From NCBI GenBank assembly GCA_963842525.1, contig CAWJGT010000009.1, positions 608,001 through 672,000 of the forward strand: a stretch of DNA of 64,000 bases, in the 5' to 3' direction. A program made the position numbers and the translations under genes. Positions 1 through 9,942 of the stretch are shown one piece after another (position 1 is the stretch's first letter; every line of letters starts with the position of its first letter). Under the pieces are notes generated by a model. That model had not been told where the DNA came from. It saw nothing but the letters and a program-made list of their open reading frames with translations, and did no database searches. The DNA is from an uncultured Holophagales bacterium. GTDB lineage: Bacteria > Acidobacteriota > Thermoanaerobaculia > Multivoradales > UBA5704.

Positions 1-1721
<1,721 letters not shown>

Positions 1722-1847
1722 AGCTGGGCTACCTCATTCCATCGCTCATTCCGTAGCGCGCCAAAGGCGGCGCCATTCAGGGCACAAAGACCCTTCACAA
1801 TGACAACCTCGCAGGTCCTGCAGGGATTCCCGGCCTCGGCCGGGCCC

Positions 1848-2402
1848 TCAGGACCCCTGAATCCTGCCGACGAAGGGCAAATTCCCATACCTCCCCTCGT
1901 GCTTCAGGCCATAGCCGACGAGCACTCCCTGCTGCGGCACCGTGAACGCGCTGTAGTCGAGCTCGAAGTCGGTCTTCCGCGCGTCCGGGATGTCGATCAG
2001 GGCGGCGAACCGGACCTCGCGGGCGCCATGGTCCCGGAGCTGCTGTTCGAGATACGGCTCGGTGACCCCCGATGTTACGACGTCCTTGAGGACGAGCACG
2101 CTCTGGCCCGCCACGTCGACGGCGAGCGGGTACTCGATCTCCACGACGCCCGACTCCTGGTCCTCCCCGGAGCTGACGTGGATGAACTCGAAGCGGACCG
2201 GCCGCTCGATGGCGCGCACCAGGTCGGCGAGGAAGATCACCGAGCCGCCCAGCAGCGCCACCAGGACCGGGTCCTCGTCCGTCAGCTCCTGGCCGATGCG
2301 GCGGCCGAGCTCGCCGATGTGGGCGCGCACGGTCTCGGCGTCGAACACGGGCTCGATGTTGGAGATGTTGGAGAGCTGCACCTGCGATGTGGGCGGCGTC
2401 AT
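1848..2402 (-). CDS. hpt: Hypoxanthine phosphoribosyltransferase homolog with a degenerate active site
   Basis: Co-linear with Hpt over its full length (IFLADLVRAI, VGYGL, NLPFVG); canonical tilS-hpt-ftsH position; catalytic motifs altered. Confidence 0.85.
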   Translation of the reverse strand: MTPPTSQVQLSNISNIEPVFDAETVRAHIGELGRRIGQELTDEDPVLVALLGGSVIFLADLVRAIERPVRFEFIHVSSGEDQESGVVEIEYPLAVDVAGQSVLVLKDVVTSGVTEPYLEQQLRDHGAREVRFAALIDIPDARKTDFELDYSAFTVPQQGVLVGYGLKHEGRYGNLPFVGRIQGS

Positions 2403-2440
2403 CGGGTCTCGCACCTCCCGGTCGGTGTTGCTTCCATGTC

Positions 2441-3883
2441 TTAGAGGTCTTCCATGTCTTCGAGGGTGGCGACCCAGGCGGTCGCCTGCCCGGCGATGCG
2501 GAAGCGCTGATCGATCGTGACGCCCGGCACCCAGGCGATCCGCTCCCCGATGCAGAGCAGGGGGAGCCGGTCTCTCTGGTGCCGCGGCATGCGCCGGTCG
2601 ATGAGCACCTCCTTGAGCCTCCGGCTGCCGCCCGCGCCGAGAGGGTGCAGGCGGTCGCCGGGACGACGGTTGCGCACCGTCACGCGGTCTCCGGGTGCCA
2701 GGGGCAGCGCGAGGCCGGCACGGTGGGAAGCTCCCTGGAACATCCAGGGCTCGACAGGGCGGCGGTGCAGCCCGACCCGGACGCCCAGCTCCGGGATCGG
2801 CAGCTCGCCCGGAGCTTCCAAAGTATATGAGAAAACGGGTGCGTCCTCCGGAGCGGCCCGCCGCAGCGTCAGCCGGTCCCCCGCGGACTCCCACCGCCAG
2901 CCGCCGCCGCAGTCGCACCCGAGGCCATCTGCGGACCCCGCAAGCTGGCGCAGCAGCTCGGCGCGCGCCGTGCTCGCGGCCGGGTACGGGACCCCGGCGC
3001 GGCGGTGGAGGACGGCCAGGGCGTGGGGGAGGAGCGCGGCCGGGAGCCGCTCCAGGGCTTCGCGGCCGGCGGCAACCCCGTCGGTGAGGACCTCGATCCG
3101 GAGAAGCCCGGAGAGCCGGCGGTCGAGCGCGGCCATGGCGTTGTGTGCCCTGCCGGCCAGTTTGGCGAGCTCGAAGGACAGCAAGGACTCCAAGGACACC
3201 AAGGACGCTCCTCTTTCTGGTCGTTGTTGTCCTTGGAGTCCTTGCTGTCCTTGTTGTCCTCCAATGAGCGCCGGCAGCAGCCGATGGCGGACACGGTTCC
3301 GCGGCACGGCCAGGTCGGAATTGGTCGGGTCCTCGACCGCTGCGAGCCCCGCGGCCTCGACCGCCGCGCGCAGCATGGACCGCGGCAGGTCGAGGAAGGG
3401 GCGGACCACTGCGTCCTGGACGGGACGGATCCCGGCGAGCCCTTCGAGGCCGCTGCCGAAGAGCAGGCGCAGCAGGACGGTCTCGGCCTGGTCGTCGCGG
3501 TGGTGAGCGGTCGCCACCCAGCGGGCGTTGCGCGCGCGGCGCACCTCGTCGAGGAATGCATAACGGACCCGGCGGGCCGCCGCCTCGGGACTCTCGCCGG
3601 GACGGCGGAGAGCCCGGACTTCGCGCCTCTCGCGGACGAGAGGTGCTCCGAGACGATCGGCGATCCGGGCTGCTTCCTCGGCCCGGCCGGCCGACCCTGT
3701 ATCCAGGCCGTGGTCGAGGTGGGCCGCCGCGACCGGGACGCCCCGGAGCCGGGCGAGCCGCGAGGCCGCGAGGAGCAGCGCGGTCGAGTCCGGGCCTCCC
3801 GAGAAGGCGACGACGAGCCCCTCGCCAGGAGCGAGCGGGGCCTGCTCCCGGAAAAAAAGCTCCAGATGATGGAGAAGGTCCAT
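2441..3883 (-). CDS. tilS: tRNA(Ile)-lysidine synthetase
   Basis: PP-loop SGGPDS, AHHRDDQAET, RNRVRH, TilS C-terminal domain; ATG at 3883 just downstream of the tRNA. Confidence 0.95.
   Translation of the reverse strand: MDLLHHLELFFREQAPLAPGEGLVVAFSGGPDSTALLLAASRLARLRGVPVAAAHLDHGLDTGSAGRAEEAARIADRLGAPLVRERREVRALRRPGESPEAAARRVRYAFLDEVRRARNARWVATAHHRDDQAETVLLRLLFGSGLEGLAGIRPVQDAVVRPFLDLPRSMLRAAVEAAGLAAVEDPTNSDLAVPRNRVRHRLLPALIGGQQGQQGLQGQQRPERGASLVSLESLLSFELAKLAGRAHNAMAALDRRLSGLLRIEVLTDGVAAGREALERLPAALLPHALAVLHRRAGVPYPAASTARAELLRQLAGSADGLGCDCGGGWRWESAGDRLTLRRAAPEDAPVFSYTLEAPGELPIPELGVRVGLHRRPVEPWMFQGASHRAGLALPLAPGDRVTVRNRRPGDRLHPLGAGGSRRLKEVLIDRRMPRHQRDRLPLLCIGERIAWVPGVTIDQRFRIAGQATAWVATLEDMEDL
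3174..3260. repeat. Intragenic palindrome built from 9-bp AAGGACnnn units inside tilS
   Basis: AAGGACAGCAAGGACTCCAAGGACA (3174-3198) is the exact reverse complement of 3228-3252. Confidence 0.9.
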
Positions 3884-3897
3884 GGAATCTGCGAGAA

Positions 3898-3974
3898 TGG
3901 TGGCGGTGACGGGACTCGAACCCATGACCTAGCGGTTATGAGCCGCTCGCTCTAACCAACTGAGCTACACCGCC
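3898..3974 (-). tRNA. tRNA-Met(CAT), probably elongator
   Basis: GGCGGTGTAGCTCAGTTGGTTAGAGCG...CT-CAT-AA...GGTTCGAGTCCCGTCACCGCCACCA cloverleaf. Confidence 0.93.
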
Positions 3975-4130
3975 AGGATGTACGAGAGAAGAGATCGCCG
4001 GGAGAAGAAAAGGAGGTCGGCGGCCTTCCGTCGCGGGCGGATTATACCCGATCGCGCCGGAATGAGAAGCCTCGCCGCCGGAGCAACCCCCCTCGCCCGA
4101 GGGCGCTCCGGCCGACGCAGAAGGTCAGAT

Positions 4131-4460
4131 CTACCGCAGAACTTCCTGGCAGCTCCGGAACTGGCCGAAGAACTCCTGCATGGACGTCGAGAGTGCGGGT
4201 TCGTTCAGCCGGTAGATGACGTTCTGCCCCTGCCGCTGGTCGAGCACCAGGTCCGCTTCCTTGAGGACCGACAGATGCCGCGAAATCGTGGGTTGAGAGA
4301 GGTTGAAGTTGCCGACGATCTCGCCGACCGTGCGCTGGTGGCCCTCCAGCAGACGGAGGATCTCCTGGCGGGTGCCATCCGACAGCGCCTTGAAAACCTT
4401 CGTCATGTGCCGCTCGTCCCGGCGGAACGAATGCATGATACCGCGGTCGATGTTGGCCAT
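4131..4460 (-). CDS. ArsR/SmtB family transcriptional regulator
   Basis: FKALSDGTRQEIL...SQPTISRHLSVLKEADLV...RQGQNVIYRL winged helix; start may be internal (MTKVF). Confidence 0.9.
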   Translation of the reverse strand: MANIDRGIMHSFRRDERHMTKVFKALSDGTRQEILRLLEGHQRTVGEIVGNFNLSQPTISRHLSVLKEADLVLDQRQGQNVIYRLNEPALSTSMQEFFGQFRSCQEVLR

Positions 4461-4653
4461 ATTGCGTTGCCCTCCTTCAGGCGGAATGGCCGAGACCTCT
4501 CTAGCCTCAGCTTCATTTGAACCTATTCTAGAGGAGGCATACTTGAAAAATACTTGTTCTGCGTCGGTGCGGATGCAGATCTGTGCTCATTGGCTGAGCA
4601 GACACGTGTAAACTTCTCTATAGACGAAAGTTACGGTTCAGTGGCGAGGGCGT

Positions 4654-4688
4654 AAAAAGCGCGGGGCGGCCTGGAAAAGGCCGCCCCG
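4654..4688 (-). terminator. Intrinsic terminator after sod
   Basis: GC stem CGGGGCGGCCT / AGGCCGCCCCG with a nearby A-run (U-tract on the minus strand). Confidence 0.7.
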
Positions 4689-4735
4689 GAACGACGAAGT
4701 GCCCACTTCAGGTGCACTTCAGAGTCGGAGATCGG

Positions 4736-5344
4736 TCAACCGCGGGCGCTCTGGTACCGTTGCTCGACCGCCTGCCAGTTGATGGTGTTCCACCAGGCGG
4801 TGAGGTAGTCGGGGCGGCGGTTCTGGTACTTCAGATAGTAGGCGTGCTCCCAGACGTCGACGCCGAGGATCGGGGTCTTGCCCTCCATCAGCGGGCTGTC
4901 CTGGTTGGGCTTGGCGACGACCTCCAGATGGCCGCCGCTGACCACCAGCCAGCCCCAGCCGGAGCCGAACTGGTTCGTCGCCGCGTTGGTGAGCTTCTCC
5001 TTGAACGCATCGAAGCCGCCGAGGTCGCTGTCGAGCGCCTGGGCCAACGCGCCGGACGGGGTGCCGCCTCCGTTCGCGCCCATGACCTCCCAGAAGAGGG
5101 TGTGGTTGGCATGGCCGCCGCCGTGGTTCTTGACGGCGGTCCGGATCGCCTCGGGCACCCGGTCGATGCCGCGCAGCAACTCTTCCACGCCGAGACTCTG
5201 CAGCTCGGGCGCCTTGCCGAGCGCCTCGTTGAGCTTGTTGACGTAGGTGGCGTGGTGCTTGTCGTGGTGGATCTCCATCGTCTTGGCGTCGATATGGGGC
5301 TCCAGCGCGTCAAAGGAATAAGGCAGAGGGGGCAACTCGTGCAT
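4736..5344 (-). CDS. sodA: Fe/Mn superoxide dismutase
   Basis: [44 protein letters not shown]; AGGAGGAG RBS. Confidence 0.95.
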   Translation of the reverse strand: MHELPPLPYSFDALEPHIDAKTMEIHHDKHHATYVNKLNEALGKAPELQSLGVEELLRGIDRVPEAIRTAVKNHGGGHANHTLFWEVMGANGGGTPSGALAQALDSDLGGFDAFKEKLTNAATNQFGSGWGWLVVSGGHLEVVAKPNQDSPLMEGKTPILGVDVWEHAYYLKYQNRRPDYLTAWWNTINWQAVEQRYQSARG

Positions 5345-5529
5345 CGGACTCTCCTCCTTGCAGCACCTGGTTGAAGGGGTGTTTGGACGGCGGGCCGCGG
5401 GCTGACTCTCTCGCTCTCCCGCCCGCTCCGCATTCTGGCACGAACCGCCCGGAAACACGAAAGCCCCCGGGGTCGGGGGCGGAGAGCACGGGGCGCTATC
5501 TTGAAGGGGCGTGAAGGGGAGAGGCAGGA

Positions 5530-5685
5530 TCAGCGCAGCTTCTCTTCGACGAACTCGACGTGCTTGCGGACCTTGGGGTCGTACTTCTTCATCCGCAGCT
5601 TCTCGGTGGAGAGCTTCTTGTTCTTGGTCGTCGTGTAGAAGTATCCGGTCCCCGCGGAGGAGACCAACTTGATCTTGTCGCGCAT
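5530..5685 (-). CDS. rpmG: 50S ribosomal protein L33 (Cys-free type)
   Basis: Manual translation [51 protein letters not shown]. Confidence 0.97.
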   Translation of the reverse strand: MRDKIKLVSSAGTGYFYTTTKNKKLSTEKLRMKKYDPKVRKHVEFVEEKLR

Positions 5686-5718
5686 TCTGCGTCTCCGAAT
5701 CTATCCGATCTTACGGAT

Positions 5719-5795
<77 letters not shown>

Positions 5796-5832
5796 GCGTT
5801 GTGCTTCGTCTTCGCTGGCGGCTCCCACGCTT

Positions 5833-5908
5833 TGGTGGGAGGTGAGGGATTTGAACCCGCGACCCCCTGCGTGTAAGGCAGGTGCTCTGACCGCTGAGCT
5901 AACCTCCC
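5833..5908 (-). tRNA. tRNA-Val(TAC)
   Basis: Cloverleaf with CT-TAC-AC loop and CCA end. Confidence 0.95.
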
Positions 5909-5929
5909 CGCACCCTGCGAAGGAGCGTT

Positions 5930-5958
5930 ATGGTAGAGAAGGCAGCCGCGCAAGTCAA
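5930..5958 (-). promoter_or_regulatory. Sigma70 promoter for tRNA-Val/tRNA-Asp/rpmG
   Basis: TTGACT-17 bp-TACCAT on the minus strand. Confidence 0.7.
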
Positions 5959-5981
5959 CCCTGGGCGCTGATCTGATCGAG

Positions 5982-7409
5982 CTACCGCGCCACGTATCCC
6001 AGGTTCTTCAGCTCCTTCCGCAGCTCCTCGGGCACCTGCTGCGGCCCTCCCCGGCGCCGGAGGGTGGCGAAGCGCTGGTTGAGGAGCCGGGCGAGCTCGG
6101 CCACCTTGGCCGGCTGGCTTGCCGCCAGATTCCGCGTCTCTCCCGAGTCGCGCGACAGGTCGTAGAGCTCGGCGCGGCCGATCGGATAGTGGTGGGGCGG
6201 CGCGTCGGGGATGCAGACCGGATCGACTCCGTCCGGGTTGTAGACCAGCTTCCAGCCTCCCTGGACGACGGTGCGGAGGCGGGTGTTCCCGTATTCGGAG
6301 AAGGCCGGCTTGCCGGGGCCGCCGCCGCCCGGCCTTTCCAGATAGGGCACCAGCGACCGGCCGTGCTGCTCCGCGGGCGGCGGCACCGCGAGCAGCGCCA
6401 GCAGGGTCGGCATCACGTCGATCAGCTCGACCGTCTGCGGCACCCGTGCCCCGGCGGGCAGGAGGCCGGGGGCGGAGATCCCCAGCGGGACGTGCAGGGT
6501 CGTCTGGTAGACCGAGCACGAGTGGTAGAGATAGCCGTTGTGGGCGTAGAGCTCCTCGCCGTGGTCGGCGGTGAAGACGACGATCGTCCGCTCCAGCTTC
6601 CCGGCCTTGCGCAGCCCGTCCAGCAGCGCGCCGGACAGGTCGTCGGTGCCGAGGACGGCCGCGTCGTAGATGGCCTTCAGGTGCTGGAGGTCGCGCGGGC
6701 CGAGCAGCACCTTCTCGGTCATGATCCGTTCGAGCTGCCACCTCTTGGGCCCCACGGGCCCCTCATAGCCAGGGTCCAGCTCGCGCGCCCGGTCGCCGCC
6801 GTTGTAGTAGGGCGGATGGGCGCCGAACAGATGGACCCATAGAAAATAAGGCCGCTCGCCGTCGAGCCCGGAGGCCCAGCCCAGGGCCTCTTTGACGGCC
6901 TTGGCGTCGCGCCCGCCGCTGCAGGCGAAGCTGTCCCACCCGCGATGGTTCGCCTTGCACATGTTGCTCAAGAAGGCGCCGGTCCGGTAGCCGGCCTTGC
7001 CGAGGACCTTGGGGAACGTCGGCAGGTCGTCCGGAAACCCGTAGCCGTTCTCCGTCACCCCGTGACCGCTGGGGTAGAGCCCGGTCAGGAGCGAGGCGAG
7101 CGACGGCCAGGTGGAGGCCCGTTGCGCCGCGGCGTCTTCAAAGGTCACGCCGGAGACGAGCTGCGCGTCGATCTGCGGGCTGGTCGGCCGGACGCCGTAG
7201 CCATAGGCGCCGAGATGGTCGGCGCGCAGCGTGTCGACCGTGAGCAGCACCACGTTCCACCCTTGGGCGGACCCGGCGAGCCGGCCGTGCGGTCGCGGGT
7301 CTTTGGGCTTGTCGCGGCAGGCTGCGAGAGCCAGGGCGAGCCCGCCGAGCAGGAGGAGCCGGAGGAGCGTCCGGAGGGGCGGCGGAGGGAGGTGATCGCG
7401 ATCGTCCAC
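5982..7409 (-). CDS. Sulfatase-like (alkaline phosphatase superfamily) lipoprotein
   Basis: LALAAC lipobox, NVVLLTVDTLRADH, TWPSLASLLTG, FTADHGE, ELYDL; start approximate (GTG). Confidence 0.85.
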   Translation of the reverse strand: MDDRDHLPPPPLRTLLRLLLLGGLALALAACRDKPKDPRPHGRLAGSAQGWNVVLLTVDTLRADHLGAYGYGVRPTSPQIDAQLVSGVTFEDAAAQRASTWPSLASLLTGLYPSGHGVTENGYGFPDDLPTFPKVLGKAGYRTGAFLSNMCKANHRGWDSFACSGGRDAKAVKEALGWASGLDGERPYFLWVHLFGAHPPYYNGGDRARELDPGYEGPVGPKRWQLERIMTEKVLLGPRDLQHLKAIYDAAVLGTDDLSGALLDGLRKAGKLERTIVVFTADHGEELYAHNGYLYHSCSVYQTTLHVPLGISAPGLLPAGARVPQTVELIDVMPTLLALLAVPPPAEQHGRSLVPYLERPGGGGPGKPAFSEYGNTRLRTVVQGGWKLVYNPDGVDPVCIPDAPPHHYPIGRAELYDLSRDSGETRNLAASQPAKVAELARLLNQRFATLRRRGGPQQVPEELRKELKNLGYVAR

Positions 7410-7546
7410 GGGAGGCGGATTGTAATCCGCCGGGGTGCCGGTTGCGCGGCAATCCGGATCTCGGATATAAATACTGCACCCTTGCCTAGCCCGCGGCGGT
7501 CCCGTCGCCTCGGCCTTTCTCTCCTTTTCCAACAAGGAGAGAGGCC

Positions 7547-8173
7547 GTGGAAAACCTTCGTGTCGCCCGTTCCGCTCATTCCGAGGCGTGCTTTGAAGCC
7601 GTCGTCCACCGTCACGACAGTCTGGTGCGGGACCGGGTCCAGGGGATGTTGGACCGCTTCGGGCTCTCCGATCGCCCGGAGCTGGTCGACGAGGTCGTCC
7701 AGGAGGTGTACTGCCGCCTCCTGAGTCGCGGGCCGCTCGGCCCGCGGACGGAAACCCAGCTCATCGCCTATCTGGGCCTGGCGGCCGAGCGTGCCGTGAT
7801 CGACCACATCCGGACTGCCAACGCGGAGAAGCGGAGAGGGGCCCGGCTGATCCGGATCGGCCAGTACATCTGCCACCGGCTGGACGAGGTCCCCGATCCG
7901 AATGGCACGCCCGAGGACGCGCTCCTCTGGGACGAGCAGCAGAGCCTGTTCCTCGACTATTGCGCGGCCCTGCCGGCCCGCCGGCAGCGTCATCCAAAGG
8001 CCTGGGTGATGCGCCTCGCGGTTCTCGAGGGGTGGAGCAGCCGTGAGATCTCGCACGCCGCCGGCGGCCGGATCAGCCCGGCCGGCGTCGATTGCCTGGT
8101 GCACCGCGTCCGCCGGAAACTGGCCCGGGACGGATTCGGGGCGTTGACCGGGAAAGGGGGGAAGAGGCCATGA
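7547..8173 (+). CDS. ECF-type sigma-70 factor
   Basis: Region 2 DEVVQEVYCRL...AVIDHIR, region 4 LEGWSSREIS...VHRVRRKL; AAGGAGAG RBS. Confidence 0.8.
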   Translation: MENLRVARSAHSEACFEAVVHRHDSLVRDRVQGMLDRFGLSDRPELVDEVVQEVYCRLLSRGPLGPRTETQLIAYLGLAAERAVIDHIRTANAEKRRGARLIRIGQYICHRLDEVPDPNGTPEDALLWDEQQSLFLDYCAALPARRQRHPKAWVMRLAVLEGWSSREISHAAGGRISPAGVDCLVHRVRRKLARDGFGALTGKGGKRP

Positions 8174-8208
8174 CACGGAAGAGCAGGCCAGCGCCACGCT
8201 TTGACCTC

Positions 8209-8237
8209 TTGCTTCTCTGTATCCCATGCGATACACT
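8209..8237 (+). promoter_or_regulatory. Toxin-antitoxin promoter with palindromic operator
   Basis: TTGCTT-17-TACACT; near-perfect palindrome TGTATCCCATGCGATACA (8218-8235) overlaps the -10. Confidence 0.7.
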
Positions 8238-8241
8238 CGGG

Positions 8242-8535
8242 ATGGTGATCGAGGTTCGCCAGACCTCCACCTATGCTCGATGGTTCGATGGCTTGCGGGA
8301 TCGACAGGCACGAGCGCGCATCAATGTGCGTCTTCGCCGTCTGTCGTTGGGGAACCACGGCGATGCCAGGCCCGTGGGCGAAGGCGTGTCGGAGCTGCGG
8401 ATCGACTACGGTCCCGGCTACAGAGTGTATTTCGTCCAGCGCGGCGAGGCGCTGGTGATCCTGCTCGCTGGCGGCGACAAGCGTACGCAGGACGCGGACA
8501 TCAAAGTGGCGCTCGAGCTGGCGCGCAAACTGTAG
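8242..8535 (+). CDS. Type II TA toxin, RelE/ParE family (HI1419-like addiction module killer)
   Basis: WFDGLRD..ARARI..RL.RL..GNHGD..PVGEGVSELRIDYGPGYRVYF...LLAGGDKRTQDADI. Confidence 0.93.
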   Translation: MVIEVRQTSTYARWFDGLRDRQARARINVRLRRLSLGNHGDARPVGEGVSELRIDYGPGYRVYFVQRGEALVILLAGGDKRTQDADIKVALELARKL

Positions 8536-8544
8536 GAGAACGAG

Positions 8545-8844
8545 ATGGCGAAAATCGAAACCCGTCCCTGGGATCCGGCAGAGCATCTGGGAGCTGAAGA
8601 GGACATGGCGGCCTACCTGGAGGCAGCCCTGGAAGAAGGCGATCCGGCCCTCATCGCCGCCGCGCTGGGCGACATTGCGCGCGCAAAAGGCATGACTCAG
8701 GTCGCACGCGAGACCGGGCTGGGCCGCGAGAGTCTCTACAAGGCGCTTTCACCCGAGGGCAACCCGGAGCTCGCCACAGTGCTCAAGGTGGTGCGCGCAC
8801 TGGGGCTCCGGCTCCACGCTGCCACCGCGCACAAGGCAGCCTGA
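8545..8844 (+). CDS. Type II TA antitoxin, HTH (HI1420-like antidote)
   Basis: AYLEAALEEGDP...ALGDIARAKGMTQVARETGLGRESLYKALSPEGNP. Confidence 0.93.
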   Translation: MAKIETRPWDPAEHLGAEEDMAAYLEAALEEGDPALIAAALGDIARAKGMTQVARETGLGRESLYKALSPEGNPELATVLKVVRALGLRLHAATAHKAA

Positions 8845-9806
8845 TGCGCATCTTCACCGATGACCGGTGCCTCGCCCATGCCGCGCCGCGTGGCTATCCG
8901 GAGAGGCCGGACCGGCTGTCCGGGATCGTGGAGTATCTGCGGGCGCGCGGCTGGCCGCTCGTGGAGGGTGTGGAGGGGCTATCCGGAGGGGAAGCGGAGG
9001 CCCGCGAGGCCGTCCTTGCCGTGCACGACGAGGTCTACGTCGGTCGCTTCGAGCGCGCTGTGCAGCGGGGCGACTCGCTGCTCGATTCGGCCGACAATCC
9101 CCTCTCCCCAGGGACCTGGGAGGCGGCCTGGGCGGCGGTCGAGGTGGCGCTCGCCGCGGCCGACTGGGTCGCCGGAGGGTCGGGGGCGGGGGGCCGGGCG
9201 GCGTTGGCAGCGGTGCGCCCCCCGGGGCACCACGCCGAGCGCGCTCTCGCCATGGGGTTCTGCTTCTTCAACAACGTCGCCGTGGCCGCGGAGCACCTGC
9301 GCCGCCGGCACGGAGCCGAGCGGGTGGCCATCTTCGACTTCGACGTCCACCACGGCAACGGCACGCAGCACCTCTTCGAGGAGCGGGCCGATATCTTCTA
9401 TGTCAGCACGCATCAGCACCCCTTCTATCCGGGGACCGGGGCGGCGCACGAGCGGGGGACGGGCGCGGGGGAGGGGCTCACCCTGAACGTGCCGCTGCCC
9501 GCGGGCACCGGCGACGACGGCTATGCCGAGGCGATCCAGGGCACGGTCCTGCCGGCGCTGCGGCGCTTCGCTCCCGATGTCCTGCTCCTCTCCGCCGGCT
9601 TCGACGCCTGGCGCCGCGATCCCCTGGGAGGGATGCAGGTGACCGAGGAGGGATTCCGCCGTTGGGGGGACTGGCTGCGCGAGCTGGCCGCCGAGATCTG
9701 CGGCGGACGGGTCCTGGCCCTGCTCGAAGGCGGGTACGATCTGGACAGCCTCCCGCGCCTGGTCGAGGCGCACCTGGAGGGGCTCGCCGGCGGGCCGATC
9801 GATTGA
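8844..9806 (+). CDS. Histone deacetylase family amidohydrolase
   Basis: PERPDR, RPPGHHA, GFCFFNN, DFDVHHGNGTQ, SAGFDA, LEGGY. Confidence 0.95.
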   Translation: MRIFTDDRCLAHAAPRGYPERPDRLSGIVEYLRARGWPLVEGVEGLSGGEAEAREAVLAVHDEVYVGRFERAVQRGDSLLDSADNPLSPGTWEAAWAAVEVALAAADWVAGGSGAGGRAALAAVRPPGHHAERALAMGFCFFNNVAVAAEHLRRRHGAERVAIFDFDVHHGNGTQHLFEERADIFYVSTHQHPFYPGTGAAHERGTGAGEGLTLNVPLPAGTGDDGYAEAIQGTVLPALRRFAPDVLLLSAGFDAWRRDPLGGMQVTEEGFRRWGDWLRELAAEICGGRVLALLEGGYDLDSLPRLVEAHLEGLAGGPID

Positions 9807-9942
9807 GCCTATCGATTTGCGGCTATGGATTGACTTCCGGCCGGCAACCCTCGTAGAATGCCGAAAGTTCAGGTAATACTTGAGATATGGCCGGATAGAA
9901 CCGCATCTCACGGCTGCTTTCCCGATGTGTGGAGGTAGAGCG

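Noticed and set aside
5833-5908. C-T mismatch in the T stem of tRNA-Val suggesting a pseudo-tRNA
   Set aside because: A single mismatch in an otherwise canonical tRNA with promoter and CCA; could be tolerated or a base-call error
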